Assembly (NCBI GenBank): GCA_964016885.1
Contig: OZ024740.1
Location: 59,706,001-59,770,000 of the forward strand
DNA length: 64,000 nucleotides
From: Eledone cirrhosa
Lineage: Eukaryota
Direction of reading: 5' to 3'
Positions 1 through 11,876 of this stretch are shown here, piece after piece. Position 1 is the first letter of the stretch. Each line of letters begins with the position of its first letter. The position numbers and the translations under genes are program-made. The notes under the pieces were generated by a model. That model had not been told where the DNA came from and ran no database searches. It saw nothing but the letters and a program-made list of their open reading frames with translations.

Positions 1-2623
1 CCAGTGACCTCAAGAGACAACAAGGTCCGCCATGTTCAAGAAAGAACATACATACTCACACATGCATCTTTAGGTGTTTAGACTTGTGATGTACTCATAT
101 TGACAGAATCTTCCTTAGTATATGGGCAGTTCCCATTAGTACTATCTTTGGTATTTCTCCTATACGCAGGTTTCCTGGGATTTGCGATAAGTAATCATTA
201 GACCCCTTAGGTATCATTCCTAGAGCGCCTACAACCACTGGTATTGTTTTAGTTCTCAATTTCCACATTTTTCCAATTTCTATCTCCAGGTCCTTATACT
301 TGCTCAATTTTTCAAATGTTTTTATAGATACATTCTTGTCTATTGGAACGGACATATCAATTAGCAGGCATACCCTCTTTTTAAAGTCCTTCAATATTAT
401 ATCAGGTCTATTTGCATCTATTTTTCGGTCTGTTTGGATGCTAAAGTTCCACAAGATTGAGATGTGATCTTTTTCAAGTATGGGAGGTGGTTGATGCTCC
501 CACCAATTCTTTTGATGGGGCAGGTCAAAATGCTTACACATTATCCAATGTATGTATTGTGCAGCTCTGTCATGCCTGTTTAGGTATTCGGTTGGAGCTA
601 TAGGACTGCACATTGAAATTATATGGTCAATGGTCTCTGGTTGATTTTTACATACACGGCATAATGGGCTGCATCCATTTTTTATTATGTTGGCTTGGTA
701 ATTTTTTGTTGGCAGACACTGATCTTGTGCTGATATAATCAGTCCTTCAGTCTCCGATTTCAGTCCAGAGGATGCCAACCACTGATGGGTTAAAGTTTTG
801 TCAACATCAGGATTGTTAGCTCGTTCTGGGTATTTTCCATACAGAAGCTTTTCTTGCCATTTCTTAGCCAGTTTCTGTAACAGTTCTTTCTTTGCAGTTA
901 CTTTTACCTGCTTTGCTTTTTCTGTGTTTTCCATTTCAGCAGTAAATGGGACTTCTGAAATGTGTAGTCCATTACTGTATCTTTGTGCATCTTTTGTAAT
1001 GGAGTATGATCTTTTGATGCTTTCGTGTTTCAAAACGAGTTTGATCATCCAATCATGTGATTCCCTTAGATATGTAGATAATCCAATTGTTGCAGTTTTC
1101 AACGCAATGTCTAACTGGATTAACCCACATCCTCCTTCTTTCCTAGGGAGATATATTCTATCTGTATCTGCCTTAGGGTGATGCATTCTGTGCATGGTTA
1201 AGAATTTTCGAATTTTTGTATCGAGCCTACGGATCTCTGTGCTTGACCAGTTGATGACATTGTAACTGTAGGTTACTACTGGTATGGCAAGCGTGTTTAT
1301 AGCATCGATCCTATTCCTTGCATTCAATTCCGTTCTTAAGATTGCTCTTACTCTGCGGTAACATTCCTTCCTTATCCTTTCCCTCATTGTCGAGTGCTTG
1401 ATTCCGTCTCCTTCACAAACACCTAGATATTTGTAAGTTTCCTCTTGATCAAGTTCTCTTATCACATTCCCCCGATCAAGATTAATGTCTGAACTTTTCA
1501 GCAGCTTTCCTCTGGTGAACGTTGCTTTGGCGCATTTATCTAGTCCAAACTCCATTTTAATGTCATCACTGAACTGCTCCACAGTGGATAACAGCCCTTG
1601 CAATTGTTCATCATTTTTTGCAAATAGTTTCAGGTCATCCATGTAGAACAAGTGATTAATGGTTTTGTCATAGACTTTATATCCATGTTTTGTTTCATTG
1701 AGCATTTTACTTAATGGTATAAGTGCGATGCAGAATAAAAACGGTGATAAAGAGTCACCCTGAAAAATTCCACAATTAATATTAACTTCTCCAGCTTCCA
1801 GTGATTTTGTTTCACTATTCAAAAGGAGTGTCGTTTTCCATGTCTTCATACTGAATGACAAAAACCTCCTGACAACGGGAGATATTTTGAAAATCTCTAA
1901 ACATTTTTCAATCCAACTGTGTGGCAAACTATCGAATGATTTTTTATAATCTATCCAAGCAATTGATAGATTTTTGTGTCTATTATGACAATCTTCCAGT
2001 ATCATTTTGTTAACCAAAAGCTGATCCTTACAGCCATATGAGCCTCGTTTACACCCTTTCTGCTCAATGGGAAATAGGTCATTTGTTATCAGGTGGTCAT
2101 ATGTATATTCAGTTAGGACTGATGTTAAAATTTTATACATTGTGGTCAAGCAAGTTATCGGTCTGTAATTTTTGGGATTGTTTGTCTCATTATTCTTCGG
2201 AAGCAGGAATATAATGCCGTTAACTAGCCATGATGGTATCTTTTCTGGCTCCTTAACTATTTCATTGTAAAGTTGGGCTAACAGCTCATGAGACTCTGTG
2301 AAGGCATTTATCCAAAAATTTTGTATTTTGTCTTTTCCTGGGGATTTCCATTTGCTGGTTTTTCTTAGAGCCAAACACAACTGTTCAACTGTTATATTTT
2401 CCCATATTTGTTCCTCAAAGTGAGCTGTATCTTTCATTTGTCTGTCTATCCATGGGGCATGTATATTATGAACTTTTTCTTCGGCCCAGATCTTTTCCCA
2501 GAATTCTTGCACTTCCTCCTTGGGTGGTATTGATTTAGCAGTTATTGTTGACTTACCAATTTTTCTGTAGAAGTTTCTTTGGTTGTTTTTGAACATATTA
2601 TTGTCCTTATAGAATCTAGATCG

Positions 2624-2627
<4 letters not shown>
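1..2627 (-). mobile_element. R4/Dong-clade non-LTR retrotransposon (RT + restriction-like endonuclease), 5'-truncated; 3' UTR runs off the window start
   Basis: Contains ORF 95..2596. Its 5' junction abuts a (TAA)n tract on the element strand (2627-2668). The 3' UTR matches the copies at 34411-35537 and 61133-61985. Confidence 0.9.
95..2596 (-). CDS. Reverse transcriptase with CCHC zinc knuckle and RLE endonuclease (N-terminally truncated, 833 aa uninterrupted)
   Basis: RT motifs NYRPITCL, AWIDYKKSFDS, GIFQGDSLSP, HLFYMDDLKLF and YKYLG. CCHC motif CRVC..ETIDHIISMC. RHD and PD..D-type nuclease motif ANRPDII..LLIDMSVP..K.SKYKDL. Confidence 0.92.
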   Translation of the reverse strand: MFKNNQRNFYRKIGKSTITAKSIPPKEEVQEFWEKIWAEEKVHNIHAPWIDRQMKDTAHFEEQIWENITVEQLCLALRKTSKWKSPGKDKIQNFWINAFTESHELLAQLYNEIVKEPEKIPSWLVNGIIFLLPKNNETNNPKNYRPITCLTTMYKILTSVLTEYTYDHLITNDLFPIEQKGCKRGSYGCKDQLLVNKMILEDCHNRHKNLSIAWIDYKKSFDSLPHSWIEKCLEIFKISPVVRRFLSFSMKTWKTTLLLNSETKSLEAGEVNINCGIFQGDSLSPFLFCIALIPLSKMLNETKHGYKVYDKTINHLFYMDDLKLFAKNDEQLQGLLSTVEQFSDDIKMEFGLDKCAKATFTRGKLLKSSDINLDRGNVIRELDQEETYKYLGVCEGDGIKHSTMRERIRKECYRRVRAILRTELNARNRIDAINTLAIPVVTYSYNVINWSSTEIRRLDTKIRKFLTMHRMHHPKADTDRIYLPRKEGGCGLIQLDIALKTATIGLSTYLRESHDWMIKLVLKHESIKRSYSITKDAQRYSNGLHISEVPFTAEMENTEKAKQVKVTAKKELLQKLAKKWQEKLLYGKYPERANNPDVDKTLTHQWLASSGLKSETEGLIISAQDQCLPTKNYQANIIKNGCSPLCRVCKNQPETIDHIISMCSPIAPTEYLNRHDRAAQYIHWIMCKHFDLPHQKNWWEHQPPPILEKDHISILWNFSIQTDRKIDANRPDIILKDFKKRVCLLIDMSVPIDKNVSIKTFEKLSKYKDLEIEIGKMWKLRTKTIPVVVGALGMIPKGSNDYLSQIPGNLRIGEIPKIVLMGTAHILRKILSI

Positions 2628-2654
<27 letters not shown>

Positions 2655-2668
2655 GTTATTATTATTAT
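2627..2668. repeat. (ATT)n/(TAA)n microsatellite at the Dong 5' junction
   Basis: Read directly from the sequence. Confidence 0.95.
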
Positions 2669-5249
2669 GTATGCAAAAAAAGACTGTTGAATGCCCTAAC
2701 CCATAAGCAAAATTCTCTCAAAAAATGAAAGCCAAACTTGAACCTAAGCCAAATATAAACCGACTGCCTATATTCAACATCAGACACTATTTGTATTTTT
2801 TGTTAAAACCAGCCACCAACTCACACCAACAACTGATATGGGGAAGACAGGTGTTATCAAGCTTCTGCCTTCATAGTACATTGCTTCTGCATAATAAAAG
2901 GTATTACACACACAGATACACACTTACACACACATATATGATGTATATAAAATGCATTGTGGCTGGTTGTTAGTTAAGAAAGAAAATACACAGCACCTGT
3001 ACTTGTATGTATTAATAAAGTTTGTTTTAGATGGAAAATACAAGGTTATTTAAAAATAAATATGCAGCAACTTATATTAATCAATACTTAATATTGTATT
3101 TGTTTTCATGGCAAGTATAGCTGACATCTTGTTTTGACCTCTTCAACTACTTAGGAAATTTGCTAAATATTATTCCTGGGGACCTGTATGAAACCATGAC
3201 TTAGTAATAACAAGCACTAAAGTTTGTGTTCTTTGATTTTTAACTCTACATTTCACATTCTGATTGTTAAAATGGTTTATTTGAAGAATTGGAAATGTGA
3301 AACTTAGAGTTATAAAATTAGAAGTTCTAGCTTCTTATAAAATATAAGACACTACTTTATGCACCCCTCCCCACAACACACAAATACATACTCATAGACA
3401 GCAATATCGATAAAAGAACTCAAGATTTAACTTCTATTACATTGTTATGTGTACACATAGTTCTAGAAACTTCTATTATGATAAATCACTATTCCAGAAT
3501 CTCATTGAGCACTCTATATTCCCACCTTATGATTTCTGGTGTGAAATGAACAGTTCAGTGCCATCTGCTGTCATTAGTGTGCTGTGCTAATCCTAGAATT
3601 ACACAACAGTATTGTATCTAGTGAGAGCTAACAAGGTTGCAGCTGTATGACATATGAGTCTAATTCCACATTAATGTCCTCACTTTATTACAGTCATACA
3701 CAGTTCTGTTTATTCAAAGCAGGAAAACAAGTTTGGTTTTATTTTGTAGTTTTGTGTTTAAATTTCCCCAACATAATACTTAATTTAATCAAGTGGATTT
3801 AATCTATTGCCTAATGGTCTCATGCATGATGCCGACCTTAATTTCCAAACACATTTGATTACTGCTGCAATGAATGTAATTCAAACTTTGTTTCACCAGA
3901 GTAATTATATTTGGGTGATTCTTTTTCTGACTCTTATAAATGGATAGATTAAGCAACTATTGATTTCTACTCAATTTCTCTTGGAGATTCCTTGCTTCTT
4001 GTAACTAGACAAAGTTTGCAGAGAATTTGACATAATAAAATTTCAAACTCTTTTCTAATCAATTTTAACTTTAGGGTTCACAATTACAATAAGGAGGTTA
4101 TTTCACGTGATTTATTGCACTAACTTCACTATTTATGTTAAAGTAAATCAACTGTTTTGAAAGGAAAGAAGGAAGTTTTTACACCTCATACACTTCTAAA
4201 TACACCTCCAATACATGAAAAATATGCTTCTTCAAAAAGATTTGTATTGTTGTACATAAAAGATTAAACTAAAACTTTAAACAGAAGAAAGCATAGGAAA
4301 TAATAAAAAGGATTAATTTTAACACATTCAAAGCAGAATGGGAGTTAATTATTATTCATATGAAACATGTTCAGTCTTGGGAATAGGTAATTCTTTAATA
4401 CTATTATGACAGCCAGAGTCAGAAATGCGCATTGACAGTTGTCCTCCACTGCTTCTGCTGGAATCAGCTTGATGGCACTAGTCATCAGTCTTTTAGTATT
4501 CATAGCTAGAAGGCTTTCAACATTTTTATTTATTAAACATACTGTATATCATTAGATATACAAAATTCACACACTTGTATGTATACAGCTATGCCGGAGC
4601 AAAAATGTTAATACTATTATGTATTTTATATAAATTTTATATGCTCAATGAATATATATGAATGTATGTTATGAATAGATTTTATATGCCCCAATGAAAT
4701 TTATCCATAAGTTTGAAATATATAAGTCTATATTTGAAGTTGGATTATGAACTGAAAACAAAGGAAATAATACAAAGCTAAGAAACATTTCTTTTAAAGG
4801 TGTTTGTACTAAAGCAGCCAGATAGAAAATTGTAGATTACATGCCAGAATTAAGACACTTGACTTGGTTCTTCAAGTTCTGTAATATATTGTATTGTATA
4901 TATTTCTAATAAAATATGTGTTTTGTATGTGTTTCAACTAATTTTGCAAATAATGCAGAATTTGAAAGAGTTTAATAGAACAATTCCAAAGTTTGTTTGG
5001 AATATAACCTTTTTGTTATTTTTGTTTTAAATTTATAATAGAAGGTTTTAATTTTAATATGAATGATATAAAAATGGTCAGTTTGTATCATAGTATCAAA
5101 GGCAATCTCAGGAGTGTTGGTATTGAAAGAGTTTTAATTTTATTAACATATTTGAGTAGTTTGTCCTTTTTAGAAAGACAAATTCAACATTGAACAGTGA
5201 TAAACACCTGTAGATACTGAATAAAAATAATTGCCATAATACTTATATC

Positions 5250-5725
5250 TGATCCAGGGTCATGAAATCACCCACGGAGGAGGAACCCCTCCTTGGACTC
5301 CTTCCACCAACTTCTGTGCCTTGCCAGTCTTGGCCATGAGGGTCCCAGCTGGTTGGTGAGGTCATCTTCCTATCTTGTCCTTGGACGTCTGTTCAATCTT
5401 GTCCATTTTCTTGGTGTCCACTCTGTAACTCTGATAATCCATCTGTTGTCACTGAGTCGTGAGATGTGGCCAGTCCATCTGTGTTTGTTAGTCTTGAGTG
5501 TTGTTATTATGTTGCTGACTCCAGTCTGTTATCAGATCCAAGTGTTCTTCTTCTTGTCACACAGCATAATACCCAACATGATGTGCTCCATCTTTCGCTG
5601 GGCAACACTGAGTATGTTCTTCATGGTGTTATTCAGCACCCAAGCCTCACTGCCAGACATCATCACAGACAAGATGTGCTCATTGAAGATTTTCTGCTTT
5701 ATTCTGCTAGCCAAGCTGTTCAACA
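5250..5725 (-). mobile_element. RTE-clade LINE 3' fragment (decayed)
   Basis: Minus-strand translation gives SEAWVL..QRKMEHIMLGI..HISRLSDNRWIIRVTEWTPR, typical of the RTE ORF C-terminus. Confidence 0.75.
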
Positions 5726-6254
5726 ATACTTATATAACTTTTAAAATGTAAGGATAATAAAGAGATGACTACAAAGTAAGAAAGATGAGCAGAATTTAAT
5801 ATGTCAGCCTGATCTCAATTCCGGTAAATTTTAATACTAACACAATATTTATTGAATTAGCACTAACACAGCATGATTTATAATTAAGGCCTATATGAAA
5901 ACCTATACAATATATATATGTATAATAAACATAAATAAATCTCATTATGAGTATTTTAAGCTGTGATCATGTCTTCTGATGACAACCCGAAAAAGTTCAA
6001 AAATTAATTAAATGTATTTATCATTTGGTTTTCAAGTTACAAGGAAATATATTTGGCATGTTTACATATGTATATACCTGGTATGTAATTTTTTATATAC
6101 ATATATATGTAAACTCAGATACCTCTGTACTCTAGAGATGTAGATATATATTTATCATAAACATATTGTGTAAGTCTCCATATATGCCTCTACAAATATC
6201 TCTAATAAGAAAAAGAAAGAAATAGGGATTCCTAGTTGATTATATTCTCAGTTT

Positions 6255-6560
6255 ACTTTTATATTCTTTTACCAATTTGAGTTATTGGACTGGGGCACCA
6301 CCTTCAAAAATTTTAGTTGGCTATATTGACCCCAGTACTTATTTTTAGCTGATGCTTATCAATAGTTTAGTTACCTGTTGATATAAGGGGATGAAACTCA
6401 ACATACTGTCTTATATATGGCCTACACACACACATAACGATTTCTCCCCACACTCTCCATTTTTCAAATTCTACTCACAAAACATTGGTCAACATTAGAC
6501 CACAGAAGAAGATACTTGCCTAAGCTACTGTACAACCAGTAACATTACAACCAGAATCAG
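6255..6560 (-). mobile_element. Decayed tRNA-derived SINE
   Basis: Motifs ggggcaccacc, gaccccagtactt and gaagatacttgcc. Related pieces lie near 22450-22600 and 24230-24310. Confidence 0.45.
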
Positions 6561-8587
6561 TATCCAAGATTTTTAACAAACATTTCTTTGGTAAATAGTG
6601 GTTACTGTTGGATCATATATTAATAAACAAAATTATTTAATGAATTGCTTTGTCATCATTTAAGGAATTTCTGATAAAGTTTTATTACATATACTTTGAA
6701 TTAGAGTTGAAATACTTTCATTCATTCTTCTGCAGCAACATTCTCCTTAATTCTTAAATAACAATGGTGCTATTTCAATATACAATACATTTGAAATACA
6801 AAAGCTCTTTATATTGTCTGAAGTAGACTTTCAATTAATTGCTATAGACAATAATATCGTTTAAATAAAAAAGAAAAACTTAGCTTATAGTCATCAGTAT
6901 AGAATATCAAAACATTACTGACTATAATAATTACTTGTTTGTATTGTTATCAGCTACAGGCCATTTTTGCCAGTTTTAATGAAACCTAGATTTTCATTTT
7001 CTATTTTCCTTTTGCTACAAAATGTTAAAAACAGCAATAAATTCAGAAATTCTTATTATAGCAAATATAAATCATATTTTTTCAAAGGTTCTTAAATTCA
7101 AATTTTAAATTTAAGTTGAAACTACTTCAAGTTAAATTACAGAACACTAAGTTCTATACCTTAATATGTACTGACATGCATGTGATGATGATGATGATGA
7201 TGCACTCAACTTACTTGTTTATTATTTTTTGTCTTATTTTTGTGTTTTTTTGTTGTTTTTTATTTGATGTTTTTCTTCATTCAAAGACAAACTTTGGTAT
7301 TTTTGAAACAAAAAACAACAAAAAATTACAAGTTTTATGTTAAATTCTTCAATAAATGATTTCTGACATAAAATCCAGAAACAAACCGACAACTATTGAT
7401 TTTGTAACTGATGTGCATTTTTATTTCATTGAACTATTTTGGTAGAAGAATAACATTATATGATGAGGCAATGTATTGTATTTTTCATTTTACCTATGTG
7501 TTATGTGTAAAATAAAGTCACAACATTATCAAGAACAGTTTTCCATTATAATAGCCACCATTATCATCATCTAAAGTGATATCTTATATTCATTAACAAT
7601 ATCATCCCGATTCCTAGCTAAATATTCTTCCTTCTCATTATCATCATCACCATCATCATCATCATCAACTTCATTATTGTCTCTGACCAACTTTCTCATT
7701 GTTTTTCCATTAACCACACCTCCTTGGCATTGATGTCTGCAGTCTCCTTTAATGATGCTCAATAGGTCTCTAGTTGCATCTGTTGTTTATTGATGTACGT
7801 TACAAATATTGTATGTGTATGTGCTAAGTCCTATTTACTTGTGATAATTGACCATTCTTGCTTGTAATATCTTATTCATATTCAGACAAAAAGGAAAGAT
7901 TTTTTTTACCTTGAAAATTGCAAAAGTAATTAGGTATGGTTTAAAGAGAAATTAACAGATTTAATTTGTCAAAAATGTGGCACAAGACAATGTAGACGTC
8001 TCATATTCAAGATTCAACAATGGTTGGCCTAGATTTACTCTCAATTTTCTTACTTTTGCCAGCATTAGAAAATTATAGTAAAGAGACTAGAAAGGAGTAT
8101 TTGGGGTTGATGTCATTGATTCTACCCTCTCTCCAAATAACTTGTGATTTTTTTTTATCAATATTAGAAATGATTATTATAACTGTCATCATTAAAGAGA
8201 CATGTTATGATATTGTTTACCAAGAACTGGTGGTTCTGAAGCAATGGATAATAGTGTAATTTGTTTTGAAATAAATTTTTTTTCCAATTTATCTAGTAAT
8301 TGGTTACAGATTTCCAGTAAAACAAAATCACTAATTAACTGAATTTGGGATAACAGGAGTGACAAGGGAGTGTCTGTACTTCAGTGCAGAACAAATAAAA
8401 CAAAAGATATTGCTTGAAGAGTAGTAGTTTTTCATATACATGAAACTGACTGGCCCATCTGCTGATATGCAAATCTGGCTGATCAGTGGATCTGCTAATA
8501 TGCAAATCAGACCGATCAGTCACTGTATATTTTAGAAAATATCATACATTTTCAATAGCTCTAACAGTTGGCAGGTGAACAGTAAAC

Positions 8588-8630
8588 TGCACTGATGAAG
8601 GGTAATCACCCAGAAACATTAGTGTCTGCA
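8588..8630 (+). ncRNA. Minimal type I hammerhead ribozyme (Penelope-type)
   Basis: TGCA-CTGATGA-aGGGTaatcACCCa-GAA-ACATTAGTGT-C-TGCA. The core is intact, stem II is 4 bp, stem III is near-palindromic, and the GUC cleavage triplet is at 8624-8626. Confidence 0.75.
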
Positions 8631-8689
8631 TTTATTGTATTCAGCCATGTAGCACGACAACTATTTGTTAATTATATATATCAGATAGG

Positions 8690-8852
8690 GTGTGGTAAAA
8701 TACCAGGTAAACCATAACCCACCAGAGTACTCGATACTTGGGGTAGTAGAGTGGGTAATATGAAAAGATTCAGGACCCTGAGCTAAACTCCGGCCGTTTG
8801 GATCTAGCTGTTGAAATGATTGGAGCTCAGCTGTCGGAGTCCTGAATCTTTT
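8690..8852. mobile_element. Non-autonomous inverted-repeat element, collapsed copy (family shared with 21021-21414)
   Basis: Leader caccagagtactc.atactt.gggtagtagagtgggtaata is shared with 21021-21110. Perfect 14-bp inverted repeat at 8763-8776 / 8839-8852. Confidence 0.6.
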
Positions 8853-8870
8853 TATATATATATATATATA

Positions 8871-9759
8871 CAGGGTGCGGACGATATTTGTTCGCAAGAT
8901 TACTGTCTAGGAAAAAATAACACAGTAGTTTTATTTTTAAGATTTATTTATCAAACTTGGGTCAGTTTGTCTTCATGACTTGTTCTTTCGATCTCACTCG
9001 ATAAACCCGCCATTGGCTTTGATGACGGCCTCAAGACGGCCTCGGAACCGGCTACAGGCTTTCGTCACTGTCCCCCGACTTAGGCCCCTAAAGGCACTTG
9101 TGATCCTGGCCTTCAGATCGTCTTTCGTATTGCAGCTAGATCTGTTGGTGTCTCGTTCCACTGCACCCCACACAAAGAAGTCGAAAAGGTTGCAGTCAGG
9201 CGAGCTGGGAGGCCAGATGTCAGGTGAAGTGTGGTCGACGAAGTTCTCTGACAGCCAGGCTTGGGACTTTCGGCTGGTATGGTAGGGCGCTGAGTCTTGC
9301 TGCCACACATACGGCCTACCTGCAGCTACCTGGTTGATCCAGGGCTTTACTACCTTGCTCAGAAGGCGGATTTAGCCATCAGTGTTCAGCTTGAGGCCCT
9401 CGGAAGAAGTGAGGTGGCATGACGTCACCTTGACTGCTGACGACACCTAAGACCAATGTTGTCGCTGGAAACTTTGTCTGCATGATTCTGGGCACGTCTT
9501 TGGATGAGACAGCGAGCCACCTGTTGTTCTGGGAGTTGATCTACTGGTCTTATTTGTCCTCCTTCCATGAATTCCAAGAAGAACTCTGTGTCTCTTCCAC
9601 AAATCTGGAGGTTCAAAATCATTCATAATCAATTATTCTGAAAATAAATAAGGGTAATATAGTCACTGTTTTTATGAAGACAAGTGTGACAACGGAAGTA
9701 AAAAAAATTTGCATAAAATTAGCAGTTGAAAATTGCGAAGAAATATCGTCCGCACTTTG
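8871..9759 (-). mobile_element. Tc1/mariner DD37D (maT) transposon, internally deleted, both TIRs present
   Basis: TIRs CAGGGTGCGGACGATATTTGTTCGCAA and TTGCGAAGAAATATCGTCCGCACTTTG, flanked by TA. Transposase QQDSAP...WPPSSPDCNLFD has 37 residues between the 2nd and 3rd Asp. Confidence 0.9.
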
Positions 9760-9765
9760 TATATA

Positions 9766-10135
9766 TCATCATCATCATCATCATCATTATCGTTTAACAT
9801 TCATCTTCCACACTAGCATGGGTTAGACGGTTTTGTTTCATTTGATGCGGGATTAGTCAGAAGACCGTGTCTCACTCATACGGAAGTATCTCTAGCAGGT
9901 TTTCTATGGCTGGATGCCCTTCCTAACACCAACCACTTTTACCATGTGGACTCGGAGCCTTTTTACCGTGTCTCCACATTACAGTGTGGACTGGGTGCTT
10001 TTTGTTGTGTCACCAACACAGTGGACAGGAATGGGAGGATGGGGTAGGGTGTGTGGGGTGCAGTGTATTTTGGGTTAAGAGGTGCCTACTCACTGTAGGT
10101 TTGTATGCAAGGGAAGGTGGGTCTTCTGTACAAAT
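9766..10135 (-). mobile_element. RTE LINE 3' end (5'-truncated) with (GAT)n tail
   Basis: (CAT)n followed by cgtttaac...gcatgggttagacgg and ggctggatgcccttcctaacaccaacc, matching the 3' UTR at 14050-14400. Confidence 0.8.
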
Positions 10136-10195
10136 GTATATATATTTTAAGTGTACCGATTAAAGTTTCACTGAAGAGTGGTCAACCAGAGGAGC

Positions 10196-10263
<68 letters not shown>

Positions 10264-10349
10264 GGAAAAATTTGAACAGGGACAAAACAGAGAGGCAGTA
10301 CAACAAATGTTTATTAATTTCACGCTCTGGAGAGTGGGGTGTTGGTGGG

Positions 10350-10386
10350 GGACGACGTTTCGGGCATAAGCCCTTCCTCAGGTGGG
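10350..10386 (-). ncRNA. Minimal hammerhead ribozyme in the Penelope pLTR
   Basis: Minus strand reads CTGAGGA-a-GGGC-ttat-GCCC-GAAACGTC, with a palindromic ACGT stem III. Stem I is very short. Confidence 0.75.
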
Positions 10387-11876
10387 AAGTGTGTGGGAAC
10401 AGAGTTCAAAGGGTGTGTAGGGGAGTGGTGGAGAGACATATAGCGAAAGGAAACGGTGCGAATGAAAAAATAAAAAATAAAGATAAAAATAAAAATAAAG
10501 CATGATCAAAATACAAGGAATGAGATAAATTTAAAAATAAAGGCATGATCAAAATAAACTGAAATTAAAAGGGGGTGAAACAGGTGGTGGAAGGGTGTGG
10601 GGTGTGTAGGGGTGGTGGCGGGTGGAGTGGAGAGAGGGAGACGGGTGTCCGAGCGGGGAGGGCTGAAGGTGGTGTGTGTGTGTAGGTGTGTGTGTGTGTA
10701 TGTGAAAGTAAGGGTTGGGGGAAGAACGGGGTTGCATGTTCAGGAAGAGGTGTGTGTGGGGGGGAGTTTGTGGGTCGGAGTGTCTGTGCGTGTGTGGATA
10801 GAGGGGTGGGGGGAGAGGAATCAGGAGGCTGAGGGTGTAGATATGTGGTGGAAAGCACGTGTGTGGGGTTTAAGCGTGTTGTGGGTGTAGGTGGCGTGTG
10901 GAGAAAAAATTTTTTTGGGGGTGTGTGGGTGAGTTATATAGGTGGTTACGTAAGAGGATGGTTGAAAAGTTGGTAAATTCCGAAGATGTTTAGTGGATTG
11001 GTGGCTGGTCAATTTCTGCGTGTGGATATTCCATGAAGCGATGGTCGGAAGAGGAGAGATGTGGGGTGCGCGCGCAACAGGAAGTGGTCAGCAGTGGGAG
11101 TGCTGTGGTCTGTTGTGCTGGGAGGTGGTCAGAGGGCATAGCAGCAGTCGGTGGAATGGTAAAGGGGCGAGGATGGGTAGGTGTGAAAGTTGGAGTGAGG
11201 AGGGTGTGTGTGTGTGTGTATTAGTAGGGGTGTTAGTGGGATGAGTGAGTGTTGAGCGAGGGTGTGGGTGGAGCGGGGAGAGAAGGGTGTGTGTGGTTCT
11301 ATGGAGGGAGTGTGGTGTACTGGTGTGTGTGTAGTTCGATGAAGAGGTGTTAGTGGGTGTTAGTATACGGGAGGTGGGGAGGGGTTGAATGCAGGTGTGA
11401 GTGGGGGTTAGTGGTGGTAGGGTGTGTAGAGTTGGTGGTGTACGAGGGTGTGTGGGTACGTGTGCGTGGGGTTGGGGGGTGTTAGTGATGTTAGTTGCGT
11501 GTGGGGTGGGTGGTGTAAGTGGGTGCGTGTGTTCGTGTGCTTGGGATTAGGGGGTGTTAGTGAGGTTAGTTGCGGGGTGGTGGGATGGAGGTGTGGGGGT
11601 GAGAGGTGTGGGGGTGAGGGTTAGTGGTGGTAGTAGGGTGTGTGTTTAGTGTGAGCGCGTGTATATATGTGCCGGTGGGTGTGTGCGTGTGATAAGGAGG
11701 GGGGGAGGAGAAGAGGGGAGGGAAGGGATGTTAGTATGTTAGTTGGGGAAGGGTGGTCAGATGAGGGGTGGAGTGGAGGTATTAGTATTGTTAATTGTGG
11801 GGTGGGCGGTGAAAAGGAGGGGTGTGTTAGTGGTGTTAGTGGGGGATAAGTGTGGGGGGAGGGGGGCGGTCGAAGG

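Noticed and set aside
798-1181. Antisense ORFs overlapping retroelement ORFs (also 14947, 29994-31874, 42022, 46845, 58968)
   Set aside because: Shadow frames of the TE coding strand, with no independent motifs.
10165-10197. CTGAAGA followed by a small hairpin
   Set aside because: The GAAA half of the core is missing (GAGG); at best a dead relic.
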